NCBI GenBank assembly: GCA_012839865.1
Contig: DUMO01000083.1
Location: forward strand, 22,254-86,253
DNA: 64,000 bases
Reading direction: 5' to 3'
Origin: Clostridiaceae bacterium
GTDB lineage: Bacteria; Bacillota; Clostridia; CAYPLH01; DUMO01
Shown here piece after piece: positions 29,921 through 41,273 of this stretch. Within the stretch, counting starts at the first letter, position 1. The number at the start of each line of letters is the position of its first letter. Made by a program: the position numbers and the translations under genes. The notes under the pieces were generated by a model. It had not been told where the DNA came from. It did not search any database and saw only the letters and a list, made by a program, of their open reading frames with translations.

Positions 29921-30184
29921 AGAACAACCTGGAATAAGTTCACAGCACACCCTGCATTGTAATCCGGCAGTGCGCCCCATTGGCGATGACCCGGCCGCAG
30001 GGGTTGAATAAAAACCAATTTAATAATATTACCATAGACAGCAGGTGCCAGTGGTATAATGGGTAAGGAAACCCGCCTGCCGAGGGAAGAAGTTAAAAGG
30101 CAATAAAATGCCCCTCGTATGTATTTGTGTCTATGAGGGGCTTTTTTAATTATATCTGCATAATGCAGAAACCATGCAAACAAA
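29921..30184 (+). promoter_or_regulatory. rplJ (L10) leader region with an intrinsic terminator/attenuator hairpin at 30111-30147. It is a candidate L10(L12)4 autoregulatory leader.
   Basis: 264-nt untranslated spacer before rplJ. cccctcgtatgtatttgtgtctatgaggggctttttt is a strong hairpin plus U-tract. Confidence 0.5.
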
Positions 30185-30736
30185 ATGGAGCAAGGAGGTG
30201 TTAGAGTGCCCAGTAAAAAAGTACTAGAACAAAAGGTTCGTGCAGTTGATGAGTTGACCGAAAAAATAAAAAACTGCGCAGGAATAGTGCTTGCTGATTA
30301 CAGGGGACTGACTGTGGAGCAGGATACCGAGCTCAGAAACAGTCTAAGGAAAGCCGGTGTGGAATATAAGGTTGTTAAAAATACCATAACACATTTTGCT
30401 ATAAAGAATAGCAACCTGGATGGTTTGGAACCTTATCTCAAAGGACCTACCGCATTGGCAATCAGTATGGATCCGGTAGCTCCGGCAAAGATTCTTTCCG
30501 AGTACGCAAAGAAGTTTCAAAAGCTGGAAATTAAAGCAGGCGTTGTTGAAGGCAAGGTAATAGGTGCCGACGGTGTAAAGGCACTGGCGGATTTGCCGTC
30601 CAGAGAAGTGCTTGTAGCAAGAGTTGTTGGTGGCTTGAATGCCCCGATTTCAGGATTTGTCAATGTTCTCAATGCTAATTTGAGAGGACTTGTGGTAGCT
30701 TTGAAGGCTATTGCAGATCAAAAAGGAAATGCGTAA
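30185..30736 (+). CDS. rplJ: 50S ribosomal protein L10.
   Basis: L10 family (IVLADYRGLTVEQDTELR). GTG 30206 after the RBS aaggagg is the more likely start (ORF opens at ATG 30185). Confidence 0.85.
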   Translation: MEQGGVRVPSKKVLEQKVRAVDELTEKIKNCAGIVLADYRGLTVEQDTELRNSLRKAGVEYKVVKNTITHFAIKNSNLDGLEPYLKGPTALAISMDPVAPAKILSEYAKKFQKLEIKAGVVEGKVIGADGVKALADLPSREVLVARVVGGLNAPISGFVNVLNANLRGLVVALKAIADQKGNA

Positions 30737-30790
30737 TACCGTAATATAAAAAAATCTAAATCAAATTAAAAAATATGGAGGTTAATTATA

Positions 30791-31180
30791 ATGGCAAGTG
30801 AAAAGATTCAAAAGTTTATTGAAGAAATCAAGGGTTTAACAGTATTGGAATTATCAGAGCTTGTAAAAGCTTTAGAAGAAGAATTTGGTGTATCCGCAGC
30901 AGCTCCGGCAATGGTGGCAGCTATGCCTGCAGCCGGTGCCCCTGCAGCAGCTGAAGCAGCTGAAGAGAAGACTGAATTCGACGTAATTCTCAAGGAAGTT
31001 GGAGTAGAAAAGATTAAGGTTATCAAGGTTGTTAGAGAAGTTACCGGTTTGGGACTTAAGGAAGCCAAGGACCTTGTTGACGGGGCTCCCAAGACTGTTA
31101 AAGAAAACGTTTCCAAGGACGAAGCAAATCAGATTGCTGAAAAATTCAAAGAAGTTGGAGCTACGGTTGAAATTAAGTAA
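30791..31180 (+). CDS. rplL: 50S ribosomal protein L7/L12.
   Basis: An Ala-rich hinge followed by a conserved C-terminal domain ([26 protein letters not shown]). Confidence 0.95.
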   Translation: MASEKIQKFIEEIKGLTVLELSELVKALEEEFGVSAAAPAMVAAMPAAGAPAAAEAAEEKTEFDVILKEVGVEKIKVIKVVREVTGLGLKEAKDLVDGAPKTVKENVSKDEANQIAEKFKEVGATVEIK

Positions 31181-31285
31181 TTTATTGATAAGTGTCAACC
31201 ATAGCGGTTTTGGTTCTGCCACTTGCTTTGCGAAAAATTTTTAAAGCCTGGCGGAACGGATTTTATCCCTTTGAAATTCTACAAA

Positions 31286-31316
31286 AAGGCCTTGCACTAC
31301 AAAGCAAGGCCTTTTA
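31286..31316 (+). terminator. Hairpin terminator/attenuator after rplL.
   Basis: aaggccttgcactacaaagcaaggcctttt. Confidence 0.55.
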
Positions 31317-31317
31317 G

Positions 31318-31500
31318 TGTGAGGAGACCAGGGCAGGGAACGGTTCCCGGGGTTTCACCGGTTCCCAAGTCCCCCAGGTTCTGCAACGGTACCAGAGAGA
31401 CGCCTGCGATTCTGTCTGCAACAATCCAGGGAACCAGAAGAACCGTCCTCCTGGTCCCAAACAGCCCAGGGGACCGGAAGAATCGTCTCCCTGGTTAATT
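31318..31500. repeat. GC-rich nested-palindromic intergenic element, copy 2 (composite of ~4 related units).
   Basis: gggaaccagaagaaccgtcctcctggtccc, ggggaccggaagaatcgtctccctgg, ggagaccagggcagggaacggttccc. These are related to the units at 44786-44847 and 20523-20673. Confidence 0.6.
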
Positions 31501-31578
31501 AAACCCCTGGTTAATTAGTGTGAAAAGATGCTCAGGAAATATATTGCCCCAAAGAATAAAAATACCCACAAAAAAAAT

Positions 31579-31607
31579 TTGACAAGTATTCGTGGGTATG
31601 ATAGAAT
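31579..31607 (+). promoter_or_regulatory. Near-consensus sigma-A promoter (TTGACA-17 bp-TAGAAT) ~690 nt upstream of rpoB.
   Basis: ttgaca agtattcgtgggtatga tagaat. Confidence 0.5.
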
Positions 31608-32291
31608 TATACACTGCGTTATAATCAGAGAAATATTATAACCACTGGAAAAAATTAAACAATATTTTTATTGCCTTTACATTATAACATACAAGAATAA
31701 TTAAGGCAAGGATTGTTAATAATATTTAAACGGTAATATACCGAAAATCGGGTATCTACCAGCCTTTTGGGGCGGGTGGAGACTCGCGCAGCAATAAATA
31801 CGGTTGTAAATTCAGCAGAATATATACTTTAGGGAAGTATTAATGATTAAAATGACTATAGAAGTCAAATTTTTAAAATAGTACGGGAATACCAGGTGAA
31901 TCAAGGCGCTGTTTTAAAAACGCCGGGATTTCGCATGGTATTCTTATGTATATTTTTAGGGGTACATATGGGTATTTTGATAGTTTTCGGATTTTTTTAG
32001 CAAAGCAAATATTGTGATTACTCCCCAAAAGCAAGTTTAACCAACTTCACATACAATATACCGCCCTATATAAATCTTGTTGCCATATATTGCACGTGAA
32101 GTCCAAGTAAATTACTTGTCGGGATTTAATCAATATATTATAAGTTCATGTAGTATATCCATTAAGAGTTGTATTTATTTTAAGAAACTTAAATTATACA
32201 CTTTAAACTCATTAAAGACAGATGTCATGGTAAGGAAGCCAATACAAATTTAAATGCACTTAAAAAACAAATACTTATGAGGTGATATCAG

Positions 32292-35200
32292 ATGGTACAT
32301 CCCGTAAAAATGGGAAAAGTTACTCGTATGAGCTACTCCAGAATCGACGAAGTTCTGGAAATGCCAAATCTTATTGAAGTGCAAAAGAACTCATATAAAT
32401 ATTTCCTTGAGCACGGCTTAAGAGAAGTATTCAGAGACGTTTCTCCAATCACTGACTATACAGGTAATCTTATCCTGGAGTTCATAGATTATTCTCTTGA
32501 TGAAAAGCCCAAATACAGCCTTCTTGAATGCAAAGAAAGGGATACAACCTATTCTGCGCCGTTAAAAGTAAAGGTCCGGCTTATTAACAAGGAAACCGGA
32601 GAAGTCAAGGAACAGGAAATTTTCATGGGAGATTTCCCACTTATGACTGATAACGGGACATTTATTATTAATGGAGCAGAAAGAGTCGTAGTAAGCCAGC
32701 TTGTAAGGTCCCCCGGAATTTATTACAATATGGAATTTGACAAGACAGGTAAGAAATTGTTTTCCAGCACTGTTATTCCAAACAGGGGTGCATGGCTTGA
32801 GTATGAAACTGATTCCAATGACGTATTATACGTCAGAATTGACAGAACCAGAAAGCTGCCTATAACTGTATTGGTAAGGGCTCTTGGGTATGGTACCGAT
32901 ATGGAGATAATACAACTCCTGGGAGAAGATGACAGGGTATTTGCCACGATTCAGAAAGATAACAGCAAATCAGAAGAAGAAGGCCTTCTCGAAATATACA
33001 AGAGGCTGAGACCTGGAGAACCGCCTACAATTGAAAGTGCAAGGTCACTGCTAAATTCATTGTTCTTTGATCTTAAAAGATATGACCTTGCGAAAGTCGG
33101 ACGTTTCAAATTTAACAAGAAACTGGCCCTTGCCACCAGAATTAGCGGTAATATAGCCGCTGAGAACATTGTTCATCCTGAAACAGGCGAGATAATTGTT
33201 GAAGAAGGTGAGATGATCACCAAAGAACAAGCCTGGGATATTCAAAATGCAGGAATTAATACAGTACTGATAAGTGTAGAAGGCAAAGCCATTTCGGTTA
33301 TTGGAAACGATATGGTTGACATAAGCAAATATGTTGATTTTGACGCTGCCGAGCTTGAAATCAATGAATTGGTCAAATATAGCGTACTGCAGGAAATTCT
33401 CAGGGAGAACACCGATGAAAAGGCTCTCAAGACTGCCCTGAAGGAGAGGGTGGATGATCTTGTACCCAAATTTATCACTCCGGAGGATATTATTTCATCC
33501 ATTAACTACATGATAAATCTTAGCTACGGGCTTGGAAAAATTGATGATATTGACCACCTGGGCAACAGAAGGCTCCGTTCTGTGGGAGAGCTTTTGCAGA
33601 ATCAATTTAGAATCGGACTTGCAAGAATGGAAAGAGTTGTCCGTGAAAGGATGACAATTCAGGATATTGATATTGTCACTCCTCAAGCCCTCATTAACAT
33701 CAGACCTGTGGCGGCGGCAATTAAAGAATTCTTTGGAAGCAGCCAGCTGTCGCAGTTTATGGATCAGACAAATCCCCTTGCAGAGCTTACTCATAAAAGA
33801 AGGCTCAGTGCTTTGGGACCTGGTGGCTTAAGCAGGGAAAGAGCGGGTTTTGAGGTTCGTGACGTTCACCATTCCCACTATGGAAGAATGTGTCCTATTG
33901 AGACACCTGAAGGACCGAACATCGGACTTATTGGTTCACTGAGCACATATGCAAGAATAAACGAATATGGTTTCATTGAAGCGCCTTATAGGAAGGTGGA
34001 CAAGGAAAAAGGGGTTGTTACCAACGAAATTGCCTACCTTACAGCCGATGAGGGTGACGAATATATTATTGCCCAGGCAAACGAGCCATTGGATGAAAAC
34101 AGGAAATTTGTAAACAAGAGAGTTCTTGCAAGATACAAGGAAGAAATATTCGAAGTAGAAAGTGAAAAAGTTGACTACATGGATGTTTCCCCCAAGCAGT
34201 TGGTATCCGTTGCAACGGCTCTGATTCCCTTTTTGGAAAACGATGACGCCAACCGTGCCCTCATGGGATCCAACATGCAGCGTCAGGCGGTTCCTTTGAT
34301 TAGGACTGATTCGCCCATTGTCGGAACGGGCATGGAGTATAAAACCGCAGTAGACTCGGGAGTTGTGGTATTGGCCAAAGAGGCCGGCGTTGTGGAAAAG
34401 GTTTCTGCAAACCAGGTTATCATAAGGAATAAAGATGGCAAAAAGACAGTTTATGATTTGCTTAAATATATGAGGTCAAACCAGGGTACTTGCATAAATC
34501 AAAGACCCATAGTAAAAAAAGGCGATGTTGTGGAAAAAGGTGATGTAATTGCCGACGGACCTTCTACATCCATCGGTGAACTGGCACTGGGCAAGAATGT
34601 CCTTGTCGGGTTCATGACCTGGGAAGGCTACAACTACGAAGACGCAATACTGATAAGCGAAAAGCTTGTGAAGGATGATACCTTTACTTCAATTCATATA
34701 GAGGAATATGAAGCTGAAGCCAGAGATACAAAGCTGGGACCTGAGGAAATTACAAGGGATATTCCCAATGTCAGCGAAGATACCCTTAAAGACCTTGATG
34801 AACGCGGTATTATCCGGATTGGAGCGGAGGTTAGGGCAGGAGATATTTTGGTTGGAAAGGTAACTCCAAAGGGTGAAACCGAGCTTACCGCAGAAGAAAG
34901 ACTCCTTCGTGCAATCTTCGGAGAAAAGGCAAGAGAGGTAAGGGATACTTCACTTAGGGTACCCCATGGTGAATCGGGAATTATTGTAGATGTCAAGGTG
35001 TTTTCAAGAGAAAACGGAGATGAACTGCCTCCTGGAGTAAATGAGCTTGTAAGGGTTTATGTTGCTCAAAAAAGAAAAGTATCGGTTGGCGACAAGATGG
35101 CAGGAAGACACGGTAACAAAGGTGTTATCTCAAGAATACTGCCGGAGGAGGATATGCCCTTCCTACCTGATGGTACTCCCCTTGAAATAGTGTTGAATCC

Positions 35201-36074
35201 TCTTGGTGTTCCGTCCCGTATGAATATAGGACAGGTTCTGGAAGTGCATCTTGGATATGCTGCAAAAGCACTGGGCTGGAAGATTGCCACTCCGGTTTTT
35301 GACGGAGCTTCGGAGATGGATATTATTAAAACCCTTGAAATGGCCAACTTAAGCAGTGACGGAAAGACCGTCCTGTATGACGGAAGGACAGGTGAACCCT
35401 TTGACAATAAAGTATCGGTAGGGTATATGTATATTTTGAAACTTGCCCACCTTGTTGATGACAAGATACATGCACGCTCAACCGGTCCGTATTCACTTGT
35501 TACGCAGCAGCCTTTGGGCGGTAAGGCACAGTTTGGAGGCCAGCGCTTTGGTGAAATGGAAGTTTGGGCCCTTGAAGCTTATGGAGCTGCTTACACATTG
35601 CAGGAAATACTGACGGTAAAATCCGACGATGTTGTCGGAAGAGTCAAAACATACGAAGCCATTGTAAAGGGAGAAAACGTTCCAGAGCCTGGAATTCCGG
35701 AGTCATTCAAAGTTCTCATAAAAGAACTGCAGAGTTTGGCTCTTGATGTTAAAGTCTTCTCCGATGAACAGCAGGAAATCACTATTAAAGAGTCTTCAGA
35801 GGATGAGCTGGAAGAACTGAGTGTAAATATTGAAGGAAGAGAAGATGAGGAACTTACAGACGACTACACCGATGACAGCCTTGAAGGTGACGATGAGGAC
35901 CTTGGTGATGATGATTTGAATCTTGACGCCCTTGATTTGGATGATCTGGATTCAAATGATACTGAAGACCTTGATGACAATCTGGATGTGGATATTGTTG
36001 AAAGCCTGTTCAAGGAAGACGATTCAGAGGACGATGACTTTGATTTTGATATGGACGATTTGGATAATATTTAA
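32292..36074 (+). CDS. rpoB: DNA-directed RNA polymerase beta subunit, with a ~110-aa D/E-rich C-terminal extension.
   Basis: Full-length RpoB homology (e.g. [25 protein letters not shown]). The C-terminus is acidic: [40 protein letters not shown]... Confidence 0.95.
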   Translation: MVHPVKMGKVTRMSYSRIDEVLEMPNLIEVQKNSYKYFLEHGLREVFRDVSPITDYTGNLILEFIDYSLDEKPKYSLLECKERDTTYSAPLKVKVRLINKETGEVKEQEIFMGDFPLMTDNGTFIINGAERVVVSQLVRSPGIYYNMEFDKTGKKLFSSTVIPNRGAWLEYETDSNDVLYVRIDRTRKLPITVLVRALGYGTDMEIIQLLGEDDRVFATIQKDNSKSEEEGLLEIYKRLRPGEPPTIESARSLLNSLFFDLKRYDLAKVGRFKFNKKLALATRISGNIAAENIVHPETGEIIVEEGEMITKEQAWDIQNAGINTVLISVEGKAISVIGNDMVDISKYVDFDAAELEINELVKYSVLQEILRENTDEKALKTALKERVDDLVPKFITPEDIISSINYMINLSYGLGKIDDIDHLGNRRLRSVGELLQNQFRIGLARMERVVRERMTIQDIDIVTPQALINIRPVAAAIKEFFGSSQLSQFMDQTNPLAELTHKRRLSALGPGGLSRERAGFEVRDVHHSHYGRMCPIETPEGPNIGLIGSLSTYARINEYGFIEAPYRKVDKEKGVVTNEIAYLTADEGDEYIIAQANEPLDENRKFVNKRVLARYKEEIFEVESEKVDYMDVSPKQLVSVATALIPFLENDDANRALMGSNMQRQAVPLIRTDSPIVGTGMEYKTAVDSGVVVLAKEAGVVEKVSANQVIIRNKDGKKTVYDLLKYMRSNQGTCINQRPIVKKGDVVEKGDVIADGPSTSIGELALGKNVLVGFMTWEGYNYEDAILISEKLVKDDTFTSIHIEEYEAEARDTKLGPEEITRDIPNVSEDTLKDLDERGIIRIGAEVRAGDILVGKVTPKGETELTAEERLLRAIFGEKAREVRDTSLRVPHGESGIIVDVKVFSRENGDELPPGVNELVRVYVAQKRKVSVGDKMAGRHGNKGVISRILPEEDMPFLPDGTPLEIVLNPLGVPSRMNIGQVLEVHLGYAAKALGWKIATPVFDGASEMDIIKTLEMANLSSDGKTVLYDGRTGEPFDNKVSVGYMYILKLAHLVDDKIHARSTGPYSLVTQQPLGGKAQFGGQRFGEMEVWALEAYGAAYTLQEILTVKSDDVVGRVKTYEAIVKGENVPEPGIPESFKVLIKELQSLALDVKVFSDEQQEITIKESSEDELEELSVNIEGREDEELTDDYTDDSLEGDDEDLGDDDLNLDALDLDDLDSNDTEDLDDNLDVDIVESLFKEDDSEDDDFDFDMDDLDNI

Positions 36075-36091
36075 GGAAGGGTGATAAAGCT

Positions 36092-39000
36092 GTGCTGGAA
36101 CTTAACAATTTTGATTCAATAAAAATAGGTTTAGCTTCCCCGGAGAAAATACGAGAATGGTCGAGAGGCGAGGTAAAAAAGCCTGAAACCATCAACTATA
36201 GAACATTAAAGCCGGAAAGAGACGGCTTGTTCTGCGAGAGAATCTTTGGACCGCAGAAAGATTGGGAATGTCACTGCGGTAAATATAAACGCATCAGATA
36301 CAAGGGAATAGTGTGCGACCGTTGCGGAGTTGAGGTTACCCGCGCAAAGGTAAGAAGGGAGCGTATGGGGCATATTGAACTTGCAGCTCCTGTTTCCCAC
36401 ATATGGTATTTCAAGGGGATACCCAGCAGGATGGGACTTATCCTGGACATGTCCCCGAGAAACCTGGAAAAAGTTTTGTACTTTGCGTCCTATGTTGTTA
36501 TTGATCCGGGACAGACTCCTCTGTTTGAAAAACAGATATTATCTGAAAAGGAATATAGAGACAGTGTAGAGAAATTCGGACATAATTTCAGGGCGGGCAT
36601 GGGTGCCGAGGCAATATTGGAACTTTTGAGAAAAATAGACCTGGATCAGCTTTCCCAGGAACTCAGAAAGGAACTGGCGGAATCAACAGGTCAAAAGAAA
36701 GTCCGAATTATTAAAAGGCTTGAAGTTGTTGAAGCTTTCAGATTATCCGGCAACAAGCCTGAATGGATGATACTGGAGGTTATTCCCGTAATTCCCCCGG
36801 AACTTCGTCCGATGGTGCAATTGGACGGTGGCAGATTTGCCACTTCAGACCTGAATGATCTCTACAGAAGAGTAATTAACAGAAACAACAGGTTAAAGAG
36901 ACTGTTGGATCTGGGTGCTCCGGATATTATTGTTCGAAATGAAAAAAGAATGCTTCAGGAAGCAGTTGATGCTTTGATAGATAACGGCAGGAGAGGAAGA
37001 GCTGTTACCGGACCCGGGAACAGGCCCCTTAAATCCCTGTCGGATATGCTTAAAGGTAAACAGGGACGTTTCAGGCAGAATCTGCTTGGGAAACGTGTTG
37101 ACTATTCAGGACGTTCCGTTATCGTAGTCGGTCCGGAACTGAAAATATATCAGTGTGGACTGCCCAACGAAATGGCCCTTGAGCTGTTCAAGCCCTTTGT
37201 CATGAAAAAGCTTGTAAATGACGGGCTGGCTCATAATATTAAAAGTGCCAAAAGAATGGTTGAAAGAGTCAGACCTGAGGTTTGGGACGTGCTGGCCGAG
37301 GTTATCAAGGAACACCCGGTACTCCTGAACCGTGCGCCTACTCTCCACAGGCTTGGAATACAGGCCTTTGAACCGGTTTTGATTGAAGGTAGGGCAATCA
37401 AGCTTCATCCTCTTGTTTGTACGGCTTATAACGCCGACTTTGACGGTGACCAGATGGCAGTGCATGTGCCCCTGACGGCAGAAGCCCTGGCAGAAGCACG
37501 TTTTCTGATGTTGTCGGCAAACAACCTTTTAAGGCCGGCGGATGGAAGACCGGTAACGGTTCCGACCCAGGACATGGTTCTGGGAAGCTATTATTTGACT
37601 ATAGTCCGGGAAGGTGAAAAAGGGGAAGGCAGGTACTTCGCTTCACCTGAAGAAGTGGAGATGGCATACCAGAACGGATTACTGGGACTTCATGCGCCTA
37701 TAAAAGTCAGGATGAGGAAGGTTATTGACGGAGTAGAAAAAACAAAAATAATAGATGCAACAGCAGGGCGAATATTCTTCAACCAGGCAATACCCCAGGA
37801 TCTTGGTTTTGTTGACAGATCTGATCCTGATAATCTTTTTGAACTTGAAGTTACATTTTTGGTGGACAGTAAAGCCCTTGGAAGAATTGTTGACAGGTGC
37901 ATCAAAAAACATGGCACCACTAAAACGGCAGAGGTGCTGGACAGGATAAAATCCCTTGGATTCAAGTTTTCAACAAAGGGTGCAATAACAATAGGCGTCA
38001 GCGATATGATAATTCCTGAGGTCAAGAAGCGCTACCTTGAAGAAACCGAGCAGAAGATTGAGAAAATCATGAAGCAATACAAGAGAGGGCTTATTTCCAA
38101 TGAAGAAAGGTATAATTCAATCATAAGCGCATGGACGGAAACTGGTGAAAAGATTACGGCTGCCCTGGTTGAAGCCCTTGATTCCTTCAATCCTCTTACC
38201 ATGATGTATAAGTCCGGTGCAAGAGGTAACATAAATCAGATAAGACAGTTGGCAGGTATGAGGGGACTTATGGCAAACACCTCGGGACGTACAATAGAGA
38301 TTCCGATTAAAGCAAACTTCCGTGAAGGATTGAACGTTTTGGAATACTTTATTTCAACCCACGGTGCAAGAAAAGGTCTTGCCGATACGGCTCTCAGAAC
38401 TGCGGACTCAGGATACCTCACCAGAAGGCTTGTTGAGGTCAGCCAGGATGTTATAGTCAGGGAGCATGATTGCGGCACCCATGAAGGCATTGAGATCCAG
38501 GCAATAATGGACGGCCTGGAAGTGATTGAAAGCCTTAAGGACAGGATTGTAGGCAGATTTGCCGCAGAAGATATCGTGCATCCTGAAACCGGCGAGATAA
38601 TCATTCAAGCCAATAATATGATCAAGGAAGATGTTGCCAACAAAATTGATAAGGCAGGAATAACCAAAGTTAAGATAAGATCCGTGCTTACCTGTCATTC
38701 GGAGTATGGAGTTTGTGCATGCTGCTACGGTTCCGACCTTGCCACCGGCGAGCTGGTTAATGTGGGTGAATCGGTAGGTATTATTGCCGCCCAGTCAATT
38801 GGTGAACCCGGAACCCAGCTGACCATGAGAACCTTCCACACAGGTGGTGTTGCCGGAGATGACATCACCCAGGGTCTCCCAAGGATTGAGGAGCTCTTCG
38901 AAGCAAGAAAACCAAAGGGTCTTGCAATTATATCCGAAATTGCAGGTAAAGTCAGCTTGAGTGAGACCAAGAAGAAGAGGGAAGTAATTGTTACATCAGA

Positions 39001-39586
39001 TGAGGGTGAATCCCGTAACTATTTGATTCCGTATGGTTCAAGAATCAAGGTTACCGAGGGGGATTATGTTGAAGCAGGTGACGAAATTACCGAAGGTTCC
39101 GTCAACCCCCACGATATATTGAAAATCAAAGGCATCAATGCCGTACAGAGATATCTTTTGCAGGAAGTCCAGAGGGTTTATATCCTTCAGGGCGTTGGCA
39201 TCAACGACAAGCACATTGAAGTAATTGTCCGTCAGATGCTCAGAAAAGTGAAGATTGAAGATGCCGGAGATACAAATCTATTGCCTGGCGGGCTGGTCGA
39301 CATTTTCGAATTTGAAAGGGAAAACAACAGGGTAACAGCTGAAGGAAAGAGACCCGCAGTTGGCAAGAGAACACTCCTTGGTATCACCAAAGCTTCCCTG
39401 GCAACCGAATCCTTCCTGTCTGCAGCTTCATTCCAGGAACAGACAAGAGTGTTGACCGAAGCTGCAATTAAAGGAAAGACAGATCCGCTGGTAGGTTTGA
39501 AGGAAAATGTAATTATTGGCAAGTTAATCCCGGCAGGAACCGGAATGAGCAGATACAAGGATATAAGCATAGAAGCCGGTGAATAA
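36092..39586 (+). CDS. rpoC: DNA-directed RNA polymerase beta' subunit.
   Basis: Zn-binding [23 protein letters not shown], catalytic [12 protein letters not shown], 1164 aa. GTG start. Confidence 0.95.
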   Translation: MLELNNFDSIKIGLASPEKIREWSRGEVKKPETINYRTLKPERDGLFCERIFGPQKDWECHCGKYKRIRYKGIVCDRCGVEVTRAKVRRERMGHIELAAPVSHIWYFKGIPSRMGLILDMSPRNLEKVLYFASYVVIDPGQTPLFEKQILSEKEYRDSVEKFGHNFRAGMGAEAILELLRKIDLDQLSQELRKELAESTGQKKVRIIKRLEVVEAFRLSGNKPEWMILEVIPVIPPELRPMVQLDGGRFATSDLNDLYRRVINRNNRLKRLLDLGAPDIIVRNEKRMLQEAVDALIDNGRRGRAVTGPGNRPLKSLSDMLKGKQGRFRQNLLGKRVDYSGRSVIVVGPELKIYQCGLPNEMALELFKPFVMKKLVNDGLAHNIKSAKRMVERVRPEVWDVLAEVIKEHPVLLNRAPTLHRLGIQAFEPVLIEGRAIKLHPLVCTAYNADFDGDQMAVHVPLTAEALAEARFLMLSANNLLRPADGRPVTVPTQDMVLGSYYLTIVREGEKGEGRYFASPEEVEMAYQNGLLGLHAPIKVRMRKVIDGVEKTKIIDATAGRIFFNQAIPQDLGFVDRSDPDNLFELEVTFLVDSKALGRIVDRCIKKHGTTKTAEVLDRIKSLGFKFSTKGAITIGVSDMIIPEVKKRYLEETEQKIEKIMKQYKRGLISNEERYNSIISAWTETGEKITAALVEALDSFNPLTMMYKSGARGNINQIRQLAGMRGLMANTSGRTIEIPIKANFREGLNVLEYFISTHGARKGLADTALRTADSGYLTRRLVEVSQDVIVREHDCGTHEGIEIQAIMDGLEVIESLKDRIVGRFAAEDIVHPETGEIIIQANNMIKEDVANKIDKAGITKVKIRSVLTCHSEYGVCACCYGSDLATGELVNVGESVGIIAAQSIGEPGTQLTMRTFHTGGVAGDDITQGLPRIEELFEARKPKGLAIISEIAGKVSLSETKKKREVIVTSDEGESRNYLIPYGSRIKVTEGDYVEAGDEITEGSVNPHDILKIKGINAVQRYLLQEVQRVYILQGVGINDKHIEVIVRQMLRKVKIEDAGDTNLLPGGLVDIFEFERENNRVTAEGKRPAVGKRTLLGITKASLATESFLSAASFQEQTRVLTEAAIKGKTDPLVGLKENVIIGKLIPAGTGMSRYKDISIEAGE

Positions 39587-39792
39587 AAAGATGAAGTCTG
39601 TATAGGCAGAAAAGCGCTCTGGCAGATGGATGAAATGAAGTAAAGCGTGGAAATGCCTGAATGGGATAGAAAATGCTGTTTTGGAGGTTGCTGCTGAAAG
39701 ATTGTATCAAGAGCAGGTTGTCCTTTGACAGGTAAAAAGATGACCGGGCAGCAACCAAAAAATAACAGCAACAGATACACCATGTTATTTTC

Positions 39793-39822
39793 TTGACAAG
39801 AGACTTATGGCGGTGATAAAAT
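39793..39822 (+). promoter_or_regulatory. Sigma-A promoter (TTGACA-18 bp-TAAAAT) for the L7Ae-rpsL-rpsG-fusA(-tuf) str operon.
   Basis: ttgaca agagacttatggcggtga taaaat. Confidence 0.5.
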
Positions 39823-39873
39823 ATTTCAGTGCGTTAACCGGGGACTATGTATGTTCTTTAGGAGGGTAATAAA

Positions 39874-40116
39874 TTGCTGGAAGATTTAAGAACTGGCAAT
39901 AAACATGTAGGTGTGAAGCAAACACTGAAAGCAGTGGAAAATGACAGAGCTAAAGTCGTTTATTTGGCAAGGGATGCAGAAGAAAGAGTTATTGCAAAAT
40001 TGAGAGATTTGTGCATCCAGAAGTCTGTTGAAATAATTTATGTAGATACTATGGCCAAATTAGGAAAAGCATGCGGTGTTGAGGTAGGCTCGGCAGCAGC
40101 ATGTTTATTAAAATAG
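39874..40116 (+). CDS. ybxF: L7Ae-family ribosomal protein (YbxF-like).
   Basis: L7Ae/L30e fold (KAVENDRAKVVYLARDAEERVIAKLRDLCIQKSVEIIYVDTMAKLGKACGVEVGSAAACLL). A TTG start follows the RBS ggaggg. This is the typical position between rpoC and rpsL in Firmicutes. Confidence 0.8.
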   Translation: MLEDLRTGNKHVGVKQTLKAVENDRAKVVYLARDAEERVIAKLRDLCIQKSVEIIYVDTMAKLGKACGVEVGSAAACLLK

Positions 40117-40142
40117 AACAATAATTGAAAGGAGGTGTATTG

Positions 40143-40556
40143 ATGCCGACATTTAACCAATTGGTGAGGAAGGGCAGAGAGACATTAGAGAAGAAATCAA
40201 CAGCACCGGCACTTCAGAAAGGACTCAACTCCTTGAAAAGGCTGCCTATTGATCTCAATTGTCCGCAGAAGCGTGGAGTATGTACCGTTGTTAAAACTAC
40301 AACTCCAAAGAAGCCGAATTCCGCTCTCAGAAAGGTTGCGAGGGTTCGTCTGACCAACGGTATTGAAGTAACAGCATATATTCCGGGAATTGGACATAAT
40401 CTCCAGGAACATAGCGTTGTTCTGGTCAGAGGAGGAAGGGTTAAGGATCTTCCTGGCGTAAGGTATCACATTATAAGGGGTACCCTGGATACTGCAGGAG
40501 TTGACAAAAGGGCTCAGGGCCGTTCAAAATACGGTGCAAAGAGGCCTAAGAAGTAA
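40143..40556 (+). CDS. rpsL: 30S ribosomal protein S12.
   Basis: [12 protein letters not shown]...[11 protein letters not shown]. The ORF opens at TTG 40125 inside the RBS. ATG 40143 follows aaggagg. Confidence 0.95.
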   Translation: MPTFNQLVRKGRETLEKKSTAPALQKGLNSLKRLPIDLNCPQKRGVCTVVKTTTPKKPNSALRKVARVRLTNGIEVTAYIPGIGHNLQEHSVVLVRGGRVKDLPGVRYHIIRGTLDTAGVDKRAQGRSKYGAKRPKK

Positions 40557-40713
40557 GGAATATTGTAAAAGATTAATTAAAGTGCTAATTACGTTATGTT
40601 TTATATATACTAATCTTATATATAACAACGATGAAGCACTGTCGGTAATTCTGCCGCATTGGCAGGTTATCGAGTACCGATGATATTATTATCATGAAAA
40701 GGAGGGAAGCAGA

Positions 40714-41184
40714 GTGCCAAGAAAAGGACATATACCGAAAAGAGACGTTTTACCCGATCCAATATACAACGATAAGGTGGTTACAAAGCTTATCAATACA
40801 ATCATGTTAGACGGCAAAAAGGGTGTAGCCCAGAAAATTTGCTATGGCGCTTTTGACATTATCAAAGAAAAAACCGGTCGGGATCCTCTTGAGGTTTTTG
40901 AAGAATGTATGGCAAATTTAATGCCGGTTCTTGAGGTAAAAGCCAGAAGGGTTGGAGGTCAGACATATCAGGTCCCTGTGGAGGTAAGACCGGAAAGAAG
41001 GCAGGCCCTGGCAATCAGATGGCTTGTAAATTATTCCCGTCAGCGTGGTGAACGCACTATGAGGGAAAGACTGGCCGGAGAAATTATGGATGCAATAAAC
41101 AATATGGGTGGAGCTTACAAGAAGAAGGAAGATACCCATAAGATGGCTGAGGCTAACAGAGCTTTTGCACATTACAGGTGGTAA
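40714..41184 (+). CDS. rpsG: 30S ribosomal protein S7.
   Basis: [19 protein letters not shown]... GTG start. Confidence 0.95.
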   Translation: MPRKGHIPKRDVLPDPIYNDKVVTKLINTIMLDGKKGVAQKICYGAFDIIKEKTGRDPLEVFEECMANLMPVLEVKARRVGGQTYQVPVEVRPERRQALAIRWLVNYSRQRGERTMRERLAGEIMDAINNMGGAYKKKEDTHKMAEANRAFAHYRW

Positions 41185-41273
41185 AATGTTCTTATGCATA
41201 ATTTAATAAACAACAGTGCAAGAGTTAATAATAAGAAAATACAGGAGACATTTAGAACGAAAGGAGGGTTAGA

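Noticed and set aside
39232-39783. 183-aa minus-strand ORF overlapping the rpoC 3' end and the str-operon promoter region.
   Set aside because: It is antisense to rpoC and to the intergenic promoter. No RBS, no motifs.
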